DNA from: a virus
Strand: one strand, 5' to 3'
DNA length: 47,742 bases
Virus record (IMG/VR): IMGVR_UViG_3300029717_000016
Location: 1-47,742 of that record
Position 1 is the stretch's first letter, and every line of letters begins with the position of its first letter. The notes below the pieces were generated by a model. It made no database searches and was not told the DNA's origin. It saw nothing but the letters and a program-made list of their open reading frames with translations. This document shows positions 15,177 to 22,833 of this stretch, piece after piece. The translations under genes were made by a program, and so were the position numbers.

Positions 15177-15602
15177 GTGACGATTGAATTTACGATTCCC
15201 GGCGTTCCGCAAGGGAAGGAGCGCCCCCGCTTCACCCAGAACGGTGAGACATACACCCCAAAGAAAACGAAGGACTATGAAAAGCTGGTGGCATGGGCAT
15301 ACCAGTGCGAAGCCCACGGGGCAAAGTTTACCGGCACTATACGGGTTGACATTGCGGCAATCTACCCCGTCCCCCATTCGTGGAGCAAGCGCAAGCAGGC
15401 CGAAGCGATTGACAATCAGATTCTACCAATGGTGAAGCCCGACTGGGACAACATAGGCAAGATTGTGTGTGATGCCCTGAACGGTATCGCCTACAGGGAT
15501 GACGCAGCCATCACAGACGCCACAGTCTGCAAGCGGTACGGCACCCGCCCATGCGTGGCGGTTCGCATCACCGGAGAGGAGGCACCCCGTGACACAGTGT
15601 GA
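15177..15602 (+). CDS. rusA: RusA-family Holliday junction resolvase
   Basis: GTG start. IPGVPQGKERPRF...KPDWDNIGKIVCDALNGIAYRDDA. Confidence 0.85.
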   Translation: MTIEFTIPGVPQGKERPRFTQNGETYTPKKTKDYEKLVAWAYQCEAHGAKFTGTIRVDIAAIYPVPHSWSKRKQAEAIDNQILPMVKPDWDNIGKIVCDALNGIAYRDDAAITDATVCKRYGTRPCVAVRITGEEAPRDTV

Positions 15603-15813
15603 GCGTATCCTGCGGCATTTGCAGGACTATGGAAGTATCACCCAGGCCGAGGCGGTTACAGAGTACGGCTGTTACCGACTGGGTGCTAGAATCTGGGACT
15701 TGAGAGCTCAGGGCGTTCCCATCAAGAGCGAAACCGTCACCGGGAAGAACCGATACGGGGAGCGGACGTGTTTTGCGCGGTATTCGCTGGAACACTCAAA
15801 CGAAGCGAGGTAG
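15589..15813 (+). CDS. Winged-helix DNA-binding protein
   Basis: 74 aa from GTG 15589 (GGAGAGGAGG RBS). ILRHLQDYGSITQAEAVTEYGCYRLGARIWDLR. Confidence 0.6.
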   Translation: MTQCERILRHLQDYGSITQAEAVTEYGCYRLGARIWDLRAQGVPIKSETVTGKNRYGERTCFARYSLEHSNEAR

Positions 15814-15816
15814 CAT

Positions 15817-16689
15817 ATGGCAATCAAAAGCGGACTTGATTTCTTTCCGCTTGATGTTTGCTTGGACAAGAAATTTGAACTGATAGAAGCAGAATATGGC
15901 TTGACAGGATTTGGTGTAATTGTTCACTTGCTGCAAGAGATATACGGCAAGGAGGGTTATTACATTGAATGGACAGAGGAGGTTGCGCTTTTGTTCGCCC
16001 GAAGATGCGGGCTGGGTGGGAGCGTCGTTTCCGAAATAATAGAGGCTTCTATCAGACGAGGGATGTTCGACAAAGAGATATATGACAAGTACCACGTTCT
16101 GACTTCACGGGGAATTCAGAAGCGGTACTTCGAGGCAGTCAGCCGCCGTAAAAGTCTTGAAGTCGATTACAACATCCTTCTGGTCGAGTGCGCCCAAATT
16201 TGCCCCAATGTAAACATTTCAAGCAGAAATGTCAACATTTTCTCAAAAAATGCTGACATCCGAAGACATAGTAGAGTAGAGGAGAGTAGAGTAGAGAAAA
16301 GTAGAGTAAAGGAGAGTATAGGCGCGGAGCCGGACACCGCCTCCACGCCGCCGGTGTGCCAGATCATGCTGAATGATAAATCCCTTTACCCTGTTTTTCA
16401 GGCTGACGTGGACAAATGGGCAGAACTCTACCCCGCCGTTGATATCCTGGCAGAGCTTCGGAAAATGGCCGGGTGGTGTGACGCCAACCCGTCCAAGCGG
16501 AAAACCAAGGGCGGGGTACAGCGGTTTATCAACGGCTGGCTTGCCAAAGAGCAGGACAGGGGCGGCGCTGGGTCAGCACCACCGGTTAGGCGCTATGGGA
16601 AGCCTGATATTCCTAAGGGCGCGTCCGGCGAACTTGGGGACGCTGAGCTGGAAGCCATACGGCAGGTTCTGGCGGAGAAAGACCTGTGA
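15817..16689 (+). CDS. Replisome organizer / DnaD-like replication initiator (DUF4373 N-terminal domain)
   Basis: 290 aa. LDFFPLDVCLDKKFELIEAEYGLTGFGVIVHLLQEIY. Internal iteron block. Confidence 0.75.
   Translation: MAIKSGLDFFPLDVCLDKKFELIEAEYGLTGFGVIVHLLQEIYGKEGYYIEWTEEVALLFARRCGLGGSVVSEIIEASIRRGMFDKEIYDKYHVLTSRGIQKRYFEAVSRRKSLEVDYNILLVECAQICPNVNISSRNVNIFSKNADIRRHSRVEESRVEKSRVKESIGAEPDTASTPPVCQIMLNDKSLYPVFQADVDKWAELYPAVDILAELRKMAGWCDANPSKRKTKGGVQRFINGWLAKEQDRGGAGSAPPVRRYGKPDIPKGASGELGDAELEAIRQVLAEKDL
16207..16320 (+). repeat. Candidate replication origin iterons inside the replisome organizer gene
   Basis: Three copies of AATGTnAACATTT-like units (16207-16260), then GTAGAGTA-type repeats (16271-16320). 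Confidence 0.55.
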
Positions 16690-16784
16690 AATCATGTGGC
16701 ACGTCACCGCGAAAATTAGCCGCTTAAATCGGCGCTGAAAGCCCGACGATGGTAACACGTCAAAGCGGCGGAAGGAGACTGAAT

Positions 16785-17144
16785 ATGGGCAAGAACAACT
16801 ACATCCAGCGCCGCAGAAATGAACAGCAGGTATTTCTGGACGTTGGCGAACGAATGGGAATACAGAAAACATGTGATTATATACAAATTGCCCTGCGAGA
16901 CCCGGAGGTCATGGGGAAGGGCACATTTGGCCGGGCGCGGATTGAAAAGCTGTTTCGCCGCGTGGCAGAACTGGCGGACTACTTCCACACGGCGTTTACT
17001 TTCGACGTGGAGGCGGACAACCGGCAGGAGGAAATGGACGCGGCACTCAGAGAGATTTACGGGGACGATCTGGAAACATTCTACGAGAGATACCCGGAAC
17101 TCAAGAAAATCCGCTACGACAAGGCCAGAAAGGGGTGGGTATGA
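16785..17144 (+). CDS. Hypothetical protein, paralog of 22068-22436
   Basis: 119 aa from ATG 16785. Shares CDYIxxALRDPExMGKxTF...YF...EAD...LREIY with the second copy. Confidence 0.65.
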   Translation: MGKNNYIQRRRNEQQVFLDVGERMGIQKTCDYIQIALRDPEVMGKGTFGRARIEKLFRRVAELADYFHTAFTFDVEADNRQEEMDAALREIYGDDLETFYERYPELKKIRYDKARKGWV

Positions 17145-17375
17145 TGGACGAAAAACCCGGCCAGTACATCGAAAGCCCATTTTGCAGGAACTGCACGCGG
17201 GACGATTGCCCCACATGAGCACCCGGATTTGGCGAGAGAGGGGATTGCTTTTGAGCATGAGCAAGGCGAAAATGTACGGCTGTTTCACGGTGAAGCGGAA
17301 TTGCACCCCGCCCCGGTGGAGGATAGCCCCTCCGGGGAATAAAGGAAAACAGAACAGAAAGGAAATGAAATTAAA

Positions 17376-17813
17376 ATGGCAAATATTGTAGGACTGGATT
17401 TGAACATCGATCAGGATTATTTGGCGGAAGCGGTAAAGCAAACCGTTATGATGGGAATTTCGGAAGCCTTAAACGGGAAAAACGAAATCGTGAGCCAGAT
17501 CGTAAAAATGGTTTTGTCTACGAAAGTTGATAAAAACGGGAAAGTTTCTAACTATTCCAGTGATAATAAATATACATTGTTGGAGTTCCACGTGAGGAAA
17601 GCGATTGAGGAAATCACTCGTGAGGAGTTGCAAGCACTTGTAAACGAACGCAAACCGGAAATTACACAGGCAATCAGAGCGGAGCTGGCTAAAAAAGTTA
17701 ATTACACAAAGTTTGTTGATAGCTTTTTTACGGGCGTGGAAAGTGCACTGAGCAATACGTGGGTGCCGAAGATCAACGTAGAGTTTGATAAGAGAAATGA
17801 AGGTGACTACTAA
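17376..17813 (+). CDS. Hypothetical protein (AT-richer segment)
   Basis: 145-aa ORF. Confidence 0.6.
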   Translation: MANIVGLDLNIDQDYLAEAVKQTVMMGISEALNGKNEIVSQIVKMVLSTKVDKNGKVSNYSSDNKYTLLEFHVRKAIEEITREELQALVNERKPEITQAIRAELAKKVNYTKFVDSFFTGVESALSNTWVPKINVEFDKRNEGDY

Positions 17814-17815
17814 AA

Positions 17816-17890
17816 ATGCGAGTTTTGATAGCCTGCGAGGAATCGCAAACCGTGTGCAAGGCGTTCCGGGCGCGGGGACATGAGGCCTAA
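17816..17890 (+). pseudogene. Possible N-terminal remnant of a methyltransferase-like phage gene
   Basis: MRVLIACEESQTVCKAFRARGHEA then stop. Resembles the conserved N-terminus of longer phage proteins. Only ~150 nt remain before the next gene. Confidence 0.35.
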
Positions 17891-17960
17891 AGACCGCCCT
17901 GAAACGCAAAATCATCATGCTGCGGCAGGCGCTGCTGAATCTGGAAAGGATGCTGGATAA

Positions 17961-18098
17961 ATGACCAAGAAACGATTTGTAAAGCTGCTCATGTCGAAAG
18001 GCGTTAAGCGGAACAATGCAAACAGGATTGCGCAAGAGTTCCGGAAAGGGTCTTTGCCCTATGAATTTGCATGGATTGCTTTGGAATGTAGGCTATGA
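17961..18098 (+). CDS. Hypothetical 45-aa protein
   Basis: ATGA-coupled to a 15-aa upstream frame fragment. Below the track cutoff. Confidence 0.4.
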   Translation: MTKKRFVKLLMSKGVKRNNANRIAQEFRKGSLPYEFAWIALECRL

Positions 18099-18159
18099 TT
18101 TTTGGGAGAATGAAAACAAGCGATAAGCCCGGGGCAACCCGGGCGGGAAGGAGATAACA

Positions 18160-18342
18160 ATGGACGAAATCAAATTGAAGCCCTGCCCGTTCTGCGGAGA
18201 CAAGGGCGTTATGCAGAGAAACGGTTGTTGCTTTCGGGTATGCTGCCCAAATAGAGACTGCCCAATCGAACCGAGAACACATTGGTTATCTAATCCTCTA
18301 TTAGCAATCGAAACATGGAACCGGAGGGCTGACAATGGCTAA
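18160..18342 (+). CDS. Lar-family restriction alleviation protein
   Basis: 60 aa. LKPCPFCG...C...AIETWNRR, characteristic of Lar. Confidence 0.75.
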   Translation: MDEIKLKPCPFCGDKGVMQRNGCCFRVCCPNRDCPIEPRTHWLSNPLLAIETWNRRADNG

Positions 18343-18889
18343 GGCGGTACTTATCAGCATTCGCCCGGAGTGGGTGAAAAAGATTCTGGACGGAGAAAAG
18401 ACACTGGAAGTCAGAAAGAACCGTCCCAATATGGAAACGCCGTTTAAGGTTTATATCTATTGCACAAACCAAAAGAACGTTATACTTTGGAACGCACGAA
18501 GCTACATTTATGTAGACGACCATAACCACAATGCTTTTGATAGATGTTGGAATGGTAGTGTTGTTGGCGAGTTTGTGTGCGACAAGATCACATGGCTAAA
18601 TCACGTTGGTTTTTCCGGGTTGCCTGGGATTCTGCTTGTTGCGATGAGAGACAGGTGCACGATAGATGGTTCCTTCGACTTTTCCGAAAGCTGCCTAACG
18701 ACACCCCAAATTGAAAAATACCTGGGCGGTAAGGATGGGTACGCTTGGCACATTTCCAACCTGGAAATCTACGATACGCCGAAACCGCTGAGCGAATTTA
18801 CAGGGCTGCGGACGAAAAGGGATAGCATGGAACTGTACATGCTAGAACGCCCACCCCAAAGCTGGTGCTATGTGGAGGAATTGAAATGA
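18335..18889 (+). CDS. ASCH (PUA-like) domain protein
   Basis: 184 aa. VLISIRPEWVKKILDGEKTLEVRKNRP. Confidence 0.7.
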   Translation: MAKAVLISIRPEWVKKILDGEKTLEVRKNRPNMETPFKVYIYCTNQKNVILWNARSYIYVDDHNHNAFDRCWNGSVVGEFVCDKITWLNHVGFSGLPGILLVAMRDRCTIDGSFDFSESCLTTPQIEKYLGGKDGYAWHISNLEIYDTPKPLSEFTGLRTKRDSMELYMLERPPQSWCYVEELK

Positions 18890-19206
18890 GTGATTACATT
18901 GGCCGGGAGGCAATTAAAAACGCCATGCTGCGATATGGCTTTAAGGCCCCGGATATGACCGTTACCGAGTTTGTAGAAGACGAGTTGCCCGCCGCCGACG
19001 TGGAGCCAGAAAGGAACGGACGGTGGGAAGAGTGCGACTGGGTTGACGTGGACGAACATGGGTTCGGTACAATCAGAACCTTTAAGGCAGGATTGCGGTG
19101 CAACCAGTGCGCTTGTGTTTTCAAAAAGAAGCTGCTTTGGAAACGAAACTATTGCCCCAATTGCGGCAGCAAAATGGATTTGGAGGACGAAAACAATGAC
19201 GATTGA
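18886..19206 (+). CDS. Zinc-ribbon hypothetical protein
   Basis: 106 aa with ATGA overlap. CNQC...CPNCG. Confidence 0.6.
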   Translation: MSDYIGREAIKNAMLRYGFKAPDMTVTEFVEDELPAADVEPERNGRWEECDWVDVDEHGFGTIRTFKAGLRCNQCACVFKKKLLWKRNYCPNCGSKMDLEDENNDD

Positions 19207-19510
19207 ACGAGCAATTGAAATGCCACGCTTAATTGATGCAGAGGAATTGGAACTCCAATTTGATGTTTCCGACGAAGATATTATAGCAAAGGAGATAATC
19301 CGGAATGCCCCCACCGTGGATGCCGTCCCCGTGGTAAGGTGTCGGGACTGCAAGCATCTGCACATGTGGGACCAGAAAGATATATACGCATTTTGCCCCA
19401 AAACAAACATCGTGTTTTTGCCATTCGAGAAGGATACAAGGACATTCTTTTGCAGCTTCGGCGAAGCGAAGATGAACGGAGGAATTGAAAATGCAAGCAA
19501 AGAAATGTGA
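19196..19510 (+). CDS. RCRDC-motif protein, paralog 1
   Basis: 104 aa. MTIERAIE...AVPVVRCRDCKH...FCSFGE. Confidence 0.6.
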   Translation: MTIERAIEMPRLIDAEELELQFDVSDEDIIAKEIIRNAPTVDAVPVVRCRDCKHLHMWDQKDIYAFCPKTNIVFLPFEKDTRTFFCSFGEAKMNGGIENASKEM

Positions 19511-19709
19511 TCGCTGTGGACGCCTATATGAGGATTATGGCGGCAGGAAGGCGTTTCCTAAGTCACGATCAAATTCTATCGAGTTGAGAGACACCGATAT
19601 TGAAGGGAAATACTGGCAACGAGATCGATTTGACCTGTGTCTTTCTTGTATGGCAGAACTAGAAGCCTTTTTGTACGGAGGTGCTGACAATGGCCGAATA
19701 CATCGATGA
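19491..19709 (+). CDS. Zinc-ribbon hypothetical protein
   Basis: 72 aa from ATG 19491 (GGAGG RBS). CDRCG...CLSC. Confidence 0.55.
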   Translation: MQAKKCDRCGRLYEDYGGRKAFPKSRSNSIELRDTDIEGKYWQRDRFDLCLSCMAELEAFLYGGADNGRIHR

Positions 19710-19974
19710 ATCGGCAGTGCTTCAGAGAGCACTGGACACCTACGGCTCTGATTTGCAGATCGTGGTAACGATGGAGGAAATGAGCGAGCTACAGAAGGAG
19801 CTGTGCAAGTACCTGCGTGGCAAATACTCGCCCGCAAGCATCGCCGAGGAGATTGCCGACGTGGAGATCATGCTCGAGCAAATGAAGATGCTGTTTTGCT
19901 GCGCGGATGATGTGCGTTCCGTGCGCAGGTGCAAAGTGGAGCGACTGAAAGAGAGGTTAGACAATGACAATTGA
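19690..19974 (+). CDS. MazG-like nucleotide pyrophosphohydrolase (small)
   Basis: 94 aa. EEMSELQKELCKYLRGK...EEIADVEIMLEQ. Confidence 0.55.
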   Translation: MAEYIDESAVLQRALDTYGSDLQIVVTMEEMSELQKELCKYLRGKYSPASIAEEIADVEIMLEQMKMLFCCADDVRSVRRCKVERLKERLDNDN

Positions 19975-20278
19975 TCGGGCTATTGAAATCCTTGACCCGG
20001 AACACCGGGAGCATTACGACGGCATGGACGAGGTGAACGAAGCCTGCCGAATGGGAATGGAGGCGTTGGAGCGGGAGAGAAACGCCGTCCCCGTGGTAAG
20101 GTGCCGGGACTGCATTGAATTTGAGGAAATAGGCAAGCACCCCACCAACAATGGAGGAACACCATTTGGGCATTGCTATCATTGGCAATATGAGCAGGGC
20201 ATGTCCCCTAACGAGGTAGACGGCGATGATTTTTGCAGTTATGGGGAGCGAAAGGAGGAACAAAATGGAAGAACTTAA
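19964..20278 (+). CDS. RCRDC-motif protein, paralog 2
   Basis: 104 aa. MTIDRAIE...AVPVVRCRDCIE...FCSYGERK. Confidence 0.6.
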   Translation: MTIDRAIEILDPEHREHYDGMDEVNEACRMGMEALERERNAVPVVRCRDCIEFEEIGKHPTNNGGTPFGHCYHWQYEQGMSPNEVDGDDFCSYGERKEEQNGRT

Positions 20279-20648
20279 CGGCTACACACCACCTGCCAGC
20301 TTGAATTTAAGCGACTTCCAAGATGCTATCGGAGATGCCGTAGTACAGGCGATTATAAAAATTGGTATCCGGGTGAATCGGGAAGAACTTCTGAAAGCTC
20401 TGAAATATGATAGGGGGCAGTACAAGGCGGGGTATGATGCTGGTTTCGCAGACGGGTTCATTGAAACGCTCCATATCGTCCGCTGCCGGGACTGCATCCA
20501 CCGGCAGGGAGACGAGAATCCTATGTGTATGCTGCACACCGAGCCTTACCCAAATGTCAGAGGCTACAAGGGCGAGGCTGTTTGCGTGGAAATGAACGGC
20601 TTTTGCAGCTACGGAGAAAGGAGAAAATCGGATGAAAATCACACTTGA
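20265..20648 (+). CDS. RCRDC-motif protein, paralog 3
   Basis: 127 aa from ATG 20265 (AAGGAGG RBS). IVRCRDCIH...FCSYGERR. Confidence 0.6.
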   Translation: MEELNGYTPPASLNLSDFQDAIGDAVVQAIIKIGIRVNREELLKALKYDRGQYKAGYDAGFADGFIETLHIVRCRDCIHRQGDENPMCMLHTEPYPNVRGYKGEAVCVEMNGFCSYGERRKSDENHT

Positions 20649-20790
20649 TATTTCGGATGGTACTGTTTGTGCATTCTTTAGTAGCGTAGAAGTAACACTC
20701 AACGGAATGAGCGCGGTAAGTTATCCGTTGGACAGCGACGATCTGCACGATGGGGCAGAAATCAAACTGCCACGGGAGGCCGAAGGATGA
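20632..20790 (+). CDS. Hypothetical 52-aa protein
   Basis: AAAGGAG RBS. Coupled to the next ORF by ATGA. Confidence 0.4.
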   Translation: MKITLDISDGTVCAFFSSVEVTLNGMSAVSYPLDSDDLHDGAEIKLPREAEG

Positions 20791-20951
20791 GCTATAAACC
20801 CACTTACATGGACTGCTGGCACTTTATCGCTCCGCTGATTCCGGTGGACACTGACTACACCATGGACATCTACGTCATGGTGTTCGGTGCCCTGAAAGAA
20901 GCGGAGAAAAAACGGATTGCCGAGAAGAAAGGGGGCGCAGAGAATGGCTAA
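20787..20951 (+). CDS. Hypothetical 54-aa protein
   Basis: ATGA overlap with the previous ORF. Confidence 0.4.
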   Translation: MSYKPTYMDCWHFIAPLIPVDTDYTMDIYVMVFGALKEAEKKRIAEKKGGAENG

Positions 20952-21069
20952 AGTTATCGCGGCTGTGTTCGCTATGATTGTGTTCCTGCTTTTATGCGTG
21001 CTTATTGCCACGGGGCTGGTATGGGGGATTCTTATAATCGCCGAGGTGTGGCGGGAAATAAAGGAGTGA
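20944..21069 (+). CDS. Hypothetical 41-aa single-TM peptide
   Basis: MAKVIAAVFAMIVFLLLCVLIATGLVWGILIIAEVWREIKE. Confidence 0.4.
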   Translation: MAKVIAAVFAMIVFLLLCVLIATGLVWGILIIAEVWREIKE

Positions 21070-21149
21070 GAATCATGAGCAAAAAACCGGACTATCTCAC
21101 CCTGTGATCCATAGCCGCCCAGAAGGCCGGGACAAGCTACGGAAAGTAC

Positions 21150-21374
21150 ATGTCAATGCACGGATACCACCCGCCAATTCAGGTCGATGTGGAGGACGTG
21201 GAAGCCACACAGGGCATTGTTAAGGTCTGCCCACAGTGCGGGAAGGAATTCACGCAGGGGAAAATCAAGCAGAAAATCTATTGCAGTTTGGAGTGCCAGA
21301 AAGCCCACGCCCAGAGAGCCGCTAAAAGGAGATACCGCGATAGAAAAAATAAGGAATTGGAGGTACATGAATAA
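21150..21374 (+). CDS. Zinc-ribbon protein; possibly the 3' part of a gene interrupted by an in-frame TGA
   Basis: 74 aa. CPQCG...CSLEC. ATG 21075 is in the same frame and separated only by TGA at 21105. Confidence 0.6.
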   Translation: MSMHGYHPPIQVDVEDVEATQGIVKVCPQCGKEFTQGKIKQKIYCSLECQKAHAQRAAKRRYRDRKNKELEVHE

Positions 21375-21775
21375 TGGCAGAACAGGATTTCAAATTTGAT
21401 GATGCGTTGCTCATGAAGACTGCACGCGAGATGCTTGCAAAAAAATTGACCGAAACAGTGAAAGAGGTCGTCAAGTCCGGGGAATGGGAGATAACCACCA
21501 TCGAGCAGGAAGAATCTGACCCGGAAAAGATTCTCCGGAGGATGTTTGCAAAATACGCCTATGGCAACGTCCCGGAGTGGTTCGCCTCTGCGGTATCTGC
21601 GACGTCCTATGTGCTGTCTGTGGACAAGGGAAAGGGGATTGAGTGTATTTCCGTCTTGCACACGGCAGCGGAACGGGCACCGGCTGAAATTCGGATGACG
21701 GCGCAGGCAAAACTGCTCATGATATGCCAAGAAACCGGGATGCTCGGCGGGATTGGGAGCCTGCCTGTTCTCTAG
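21374..21775 (+). CDS. Hypothetical protein
   Basis: 133-aa ORF. Confidence 0.6.
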   Translation: MAEQDFKFDDALLMKTAREMLAKKLTETVKEVVKSGEWEITTIEQEESDPEKILRRMFAKYAYGNVPEWFASAVSATSYVLSVDKGKGIECISVLHTAAERAPAEIRMTAQAKLLMICQETGMLGGIGSLPVL

Positions 21776-21785
21776 GGGGGGCAAC

Positions 21786-21968
21786 ATGGAGTACAGGGAC
21801 GGCAGGAAGTATTGCGTCGGGTGCGGCTACTTCTACGGAGACTATGAAGGGAATAGGTGCTGTAATTATATACTCATCCGTGGGGAAAAGCGGCCTTGCC
21901 CGCCTGGGAAGGATTGTACCGAAAGGAGGGAGAAAACGAAAAACAGGAGACGGGATTTAATATTATAG
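21786..21968 (+). CDS. Small Cys-rich protein
   Basis: 60 aa from ATG 21786. CVGCGYF...CCNY...CPPGKDC. Confidence 0.5.
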   Translation: MEYRDGRKYCVGCGYFYGDYEGNRCCNYILIRGEKRPCPPGKDCTERREKTKNRRRDLIL

Positions 21969-22067
21969 CTTTATCCCTGTATAGTATATATAATATAATT
22001 CTATATCTTGTGTGTATGTTGTTATAGTTCTATACAGGGATTTACTAAGAAAAGAAAGGAAAAGCAT

Positions 22068-22436
22068 ATGGCAAAACAAAATGCGTATCTTGCCAAGCAG
22101 GAGGCTGTTCAGCGGCAGTGCTTCAACGATGGTTGGAAACTCGGAACACAGCAGATGTGCGACTATATTTCCCTGGCCTTGCGAGATCCGGAGACCATGG
22201 GAAAGGACACATTCAGCGGCGCAAGAATCCTGAAAGTCCTGAAGAAAACCAGCGAAATCATGCAGTATTTCCGACCGGCGTTCCTGCCAAACGATGAAGC
22301 GGATTGGTATCAAGAACAGCTGGACAAGGCTCTGCGGGAGGCGTACAAGGGCAACGGCGAAACATTCTACCCGTTCCGGGAGAGGTACGATTGCTTGAAA
22401 GAGTACGACTATAAGTCCGGGAAATGGAGGGGGTAA
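22068..22436 (+). CDS. Hypothetical protein, paralog of 16785-17144
   Basis: 122 aa from ATG 22068. Confidence 0.65.
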   Translation: MAKQNAYLAKQEAVQRQCFNDGWKLGTQQMCDYISLALRDPETMGKDTFSGARILKVLKKTSEIMQYFRPAFLPNDEADWYQEQLDKALREAYKGNGETFYPFRERYDCLKEYDYKSGKWRG

Positions 22437-22439
22437 AAA

Positions 22440-22757
22440 ATGAATCTATTGCAAGAAACGATGAACGCTTTGAAAGAAAACGGCAAAACTCCTGCGGACG
22501 TTCGGTGGGTAGGCAGGGCATCTATCAGCGCAAAATGCAGTTGGGATGACTTTCCAAAACAGGCCGACTTTGAATACAATAACGGCTACGGTTGGCCGGA
22601 AATACCTAAAGACCTGGTTGTGGTCGGGGATAACTGGTGGCTGGAAAGAGCTGAATATGATGGTTCCGAATGGTGGGAGTTCAAGACCATCCCGAAAGAG
22701 CCAAGATGTGGCGGCCACGCATTCAGCTGTGACCTTGGGATTGGAGCGACTGGCTGA
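22440..22757 (+). CDS. Hypothetical protein
   Basis: 105-aa W-rich ORF. Confidence 0.6.
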   Translation: MNLLQETMNALKENGKTPADVRWVGRASISAKCSWDDFPKQADFEYNNGYGWPEIPKDLVVVGDNWWLERAEYDGSEWWEFKTIPKEPRCGGHAFSCDLGIGATG

Positions 22758-22833
22758 TTGAGAATCACACATGAGCGCATAAGAGATTACTATCTGCGGG
22801 CGGAAAGCCAACGGGGAGCCTTTTATTATAAGA

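Noticed and set aside
16819-17391. 190-aa plus-strand ORF in an alternative frame
   Set aside because: It overlaps the better-supported 16785-17144 gene (RBS, paralog elsewhere). The translation is Arg/Trp-rich and atypical. The 17145-17375 segment may hold tiny ORFs (for example 17141-17218), but I cannot support them.
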